Of a stretch of DNA of 64,000 nucleotides, positions 61,323 to 64,000 are shown one piece after another (within the stretch, counting starts at the first letter, position 1; every line of letters begins with the position of its first letter). Source of the stretch: Iphione sp. A-MEVVRFRX5 (lineage: Eukaryota); contig OZ320315.1 of assembly GCA_976226885.1 (NCBI GenBank), positions 35,216,001 to 35,280,000 of the forward strand, read 5' to 3'. The position numbers and the translations under genes are program-made. The notes below the pieces were generated by a model, which saw nothing but the letters and a program-made list of their open reading frames with translations, ran no database searches and was not told where the DNA came from.

Positions 61323-64000
61323 AGCATGACCCTGAAGATTGGGTCGAGCTGAAAAGAGAGCAATACCCCTAGCAAAATTACCATCAAGTTTAGACGATTT
61401 AAGGGGTTTTAAGGGCCCTTTTTTAAAGAATTTAATGGAAATATAAATAAAGTATTCTCGTGGTGTCGATGTTGGCTTAATTTAAATCGTTTTATTTAAG
61501 ATGATTGACGCCTTTATTGCATTTTTACCATGGTATTTCCTGAAAATAATCTCACATATACGTACATCACAGAGTAAACACACCGATACAATCTACCGTC
61601 TTCATCAGACGAATTTGAAATTGTTTAATTACATGTATTAGCTGATACTCTGTTTTAGATATGTGTATACAAACATCCAATTTTTTTTCAAAACTTTTTA
61701 CAAAGACACAATCAGTCATGTGTATGAAATAATAATGTCTAGAAAGTTATTGGAAATAAATAGAATTATATCCCTACATGAATTATATCTGGCAAGAGGA
61801 CTTTCTTCATGTGCAAACCTACGGCATGAAATGCACGCAGACATGGTGGCGTGAAAGGTGCAGAGAGACAATGCAACGGCAGAGAAAAGGCAAACTGAAG
61901 AGAAGAGAGAGCAAAACTTAAGAGACGAGATGATGTAGACCCACGGTCGTACAAGCCCGGTGAGAGGTTATTACCTAAAATAATGGGAGGGGTCGCATCA
62001 GAGGAGGAGAGAGGACGTGAGAGTAAAAGAGAGGCAAAATGAAGAGACACTGTCACTTACCCATGAAGAAAATCGTCACCATTAGACACTGATAGGGGAT
62101 GTTGAAAACAGAGATGCGGGTCGTTTGCCCATTGTATGAGGCCCTCAGAGCCAGAAGGCCACCCGCATCGCAGTTCGTCACTATTACACGTCAACAAACC
62201 GCCCTTTCAAGCCCTGGGAAACCTTCCAGCCGAGTGCCTTTCCATGGTAGTTAGTCTGGCACCGCCGACGCCAACAACCACATATAACTCCATCAGCAGA
62301 AACAAAAGGGTTCTGGTATGCAGCAATGGCCCATGTTTGGTCAATTGAGTCTAGAGTATCATTGCTCAGTGTGCAGGGCAGAGGCATGCAAGTCAACCTC
62401 TTTTGGAACTGAATATTTTCAAAATGGCCTGCATAAAGGAGCCCTGACTCAAAACTCTATGCCCATGCTTTTCTCAATCTGCAAACTGCAATCTTTTACT
62501 CTGCCATGCTTCCTTCAGCCCACCTATTAAGTACATCTTGCTTTGTTATTAGCGTCACCAAATGCAATGGGAAAAATACCAGAGATAGAAAGGAATTTTT
62601 TTTATTTATGTACGCAACAGTGTCTGACATGCAACCTCCAACAGAACCCACTTATCAGGGTTCAGCTACATGTATAACATACCAGTGGGTTTTTAAGCAC
62701 CTATATGCTTCAAGAAAGGATCAGATATGAAAAGAATGTGGCTGTGAGATTCAGCAAAGTAATCTAAAACCCTTTGTTGAATAAATGCTCGAAGAGTGAT
62801 ATCTCGCCCTTACATGTGATGTGTCTACATACTACTATGATACCCATGCTATTTTCATGTCAAGGACTGTATGGTTGATATTTAGTACTTTTAACAGCTT
62901 GCCTCGCTGTAAAACAGCACTTCCCTTGGTGTATTAAGGCCGTTAAGAATATCAGAGGAATAAAAAACCACCAGACAACAAATACGCATGATTCGTGGAG
63001 CCCTTCGTCTAAAACAGCTACTTTCAGTGCTCGGGAAATCTCGAGTGAAATAACGAAGCTACCGAGATCCGCCATCATAGAATTGTTAGATCAATGCAAA
63101 CGCACGCCGTGCGGCCCGCGTAGCCCAGACTGTTGGCATATGATCGATGGGGCGTCCTATGCTCCAAAGTCTGCCAGCCTCTGCTCAGGTGGCCCAATGG
63201 CTTATGACTATAATTAAGTCGGAATAGACTTTCCATAATCAACGCTGTGGGCCTCTATGCAAGTCGCCTAAGGATACGTTAGTGTAGGAGCTGTGCAGTT
63301 GTGGGAGGGGGCCGTGGGGGGAGGGGAGGGGGACCCGAGAGTCTATGTAAATCCCGACCAGTATTGATCGACATTTTTGAGCACTATTTGACGACAGGCA
63401 ACAATTATCGCCGCCGCTTACAAACAAACGTGCCTGAAAGTGAATCGACTTGGGGGGTTGGGGGTTGGGGTGGGGAGGGTTGGAAAGTATCGGAAGGATG
63501 ACGACACCATCCGGCTGAGACTTGGAAGTGGCACTTTCGGTTGGGTCGTCTTTCAATATTCATGTTCGGGAGTCTTCCTGACTGTGTTCCTCTGGACGAA
63601 AAAAATATGCCACCGTGATTTTTCCTTCGGATTTCTCCAAGAGAATGATGACATCATGCAGCTTACAGCATGTGACAAGAGACGGTTATAGTTAAATGTT
63701 ATTTTGGAAGCGTCTATTAGTATCCGATTGCCCAGCTACTATAACGCCACAGTTGTGTGAGTTACGTTCTTCGCAGAAATCTCAGAGGGTTTTGGTTTCG
63801 GCTCCATCCAATTTTGCTATCTACAGACGGTGTTTATCTCCCAGTGATAACACGTGCAAGTATCTATCTGTGATTTGTTGTCAATCTCTAGTTATACCTA
63901 ATAGTGCCCTTTCTACGAACAGATAAACATGCAAATATACTCACAGCGGCATATCGCGATCCTTTAGGTTTACATGTACATGTCCTTACTAATAATTTCC

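Overview
This window is eukaryotic and almost entirely non-coding. I found no protein-coding gene, rRNA, tRNA, snRNA, known miRNA or CRISPR array that I can support. The ORF track is mostly short, chance or microsatellite-driven frames, many with GTG/TTG starts that mean little in a eukaryote. GC is moderate and CpG is mostly not depleted. The octamer TACATGTA is frequent (about 25 copies by manual count), with many poly-G/C runs and GA/CA microsatellites. This composition suggests a marine invertebrate such as amphioxus (Branchiostoma), which is an inference only. The best-supported features are: two short TIR elements with 3-bp target duplications (PIF/Harbinger-type MITEs at 38272-39016 and 56294-56605, the first carrying a 7 x 37-bp array); a sharply bounded 2.4-kb CpG-depleted island (about 24950-27380) that looks like an old methylated or foreign insert with decayed reading frames; a minus-strand exon candidate with strong splice signals (13097-13250); several promoter- or enhancer-like GC-rich islands (ETS, YY1, CRE, AP-1, TCF, RFX motifs); and many tandem and simple repeats. 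Overall it reads like a large intron or gene-desert regulatory landscape. I do not see a demonstrably new biological system. The CpG-depleted island and the MITE/ACATGT link are the leads most worth following.
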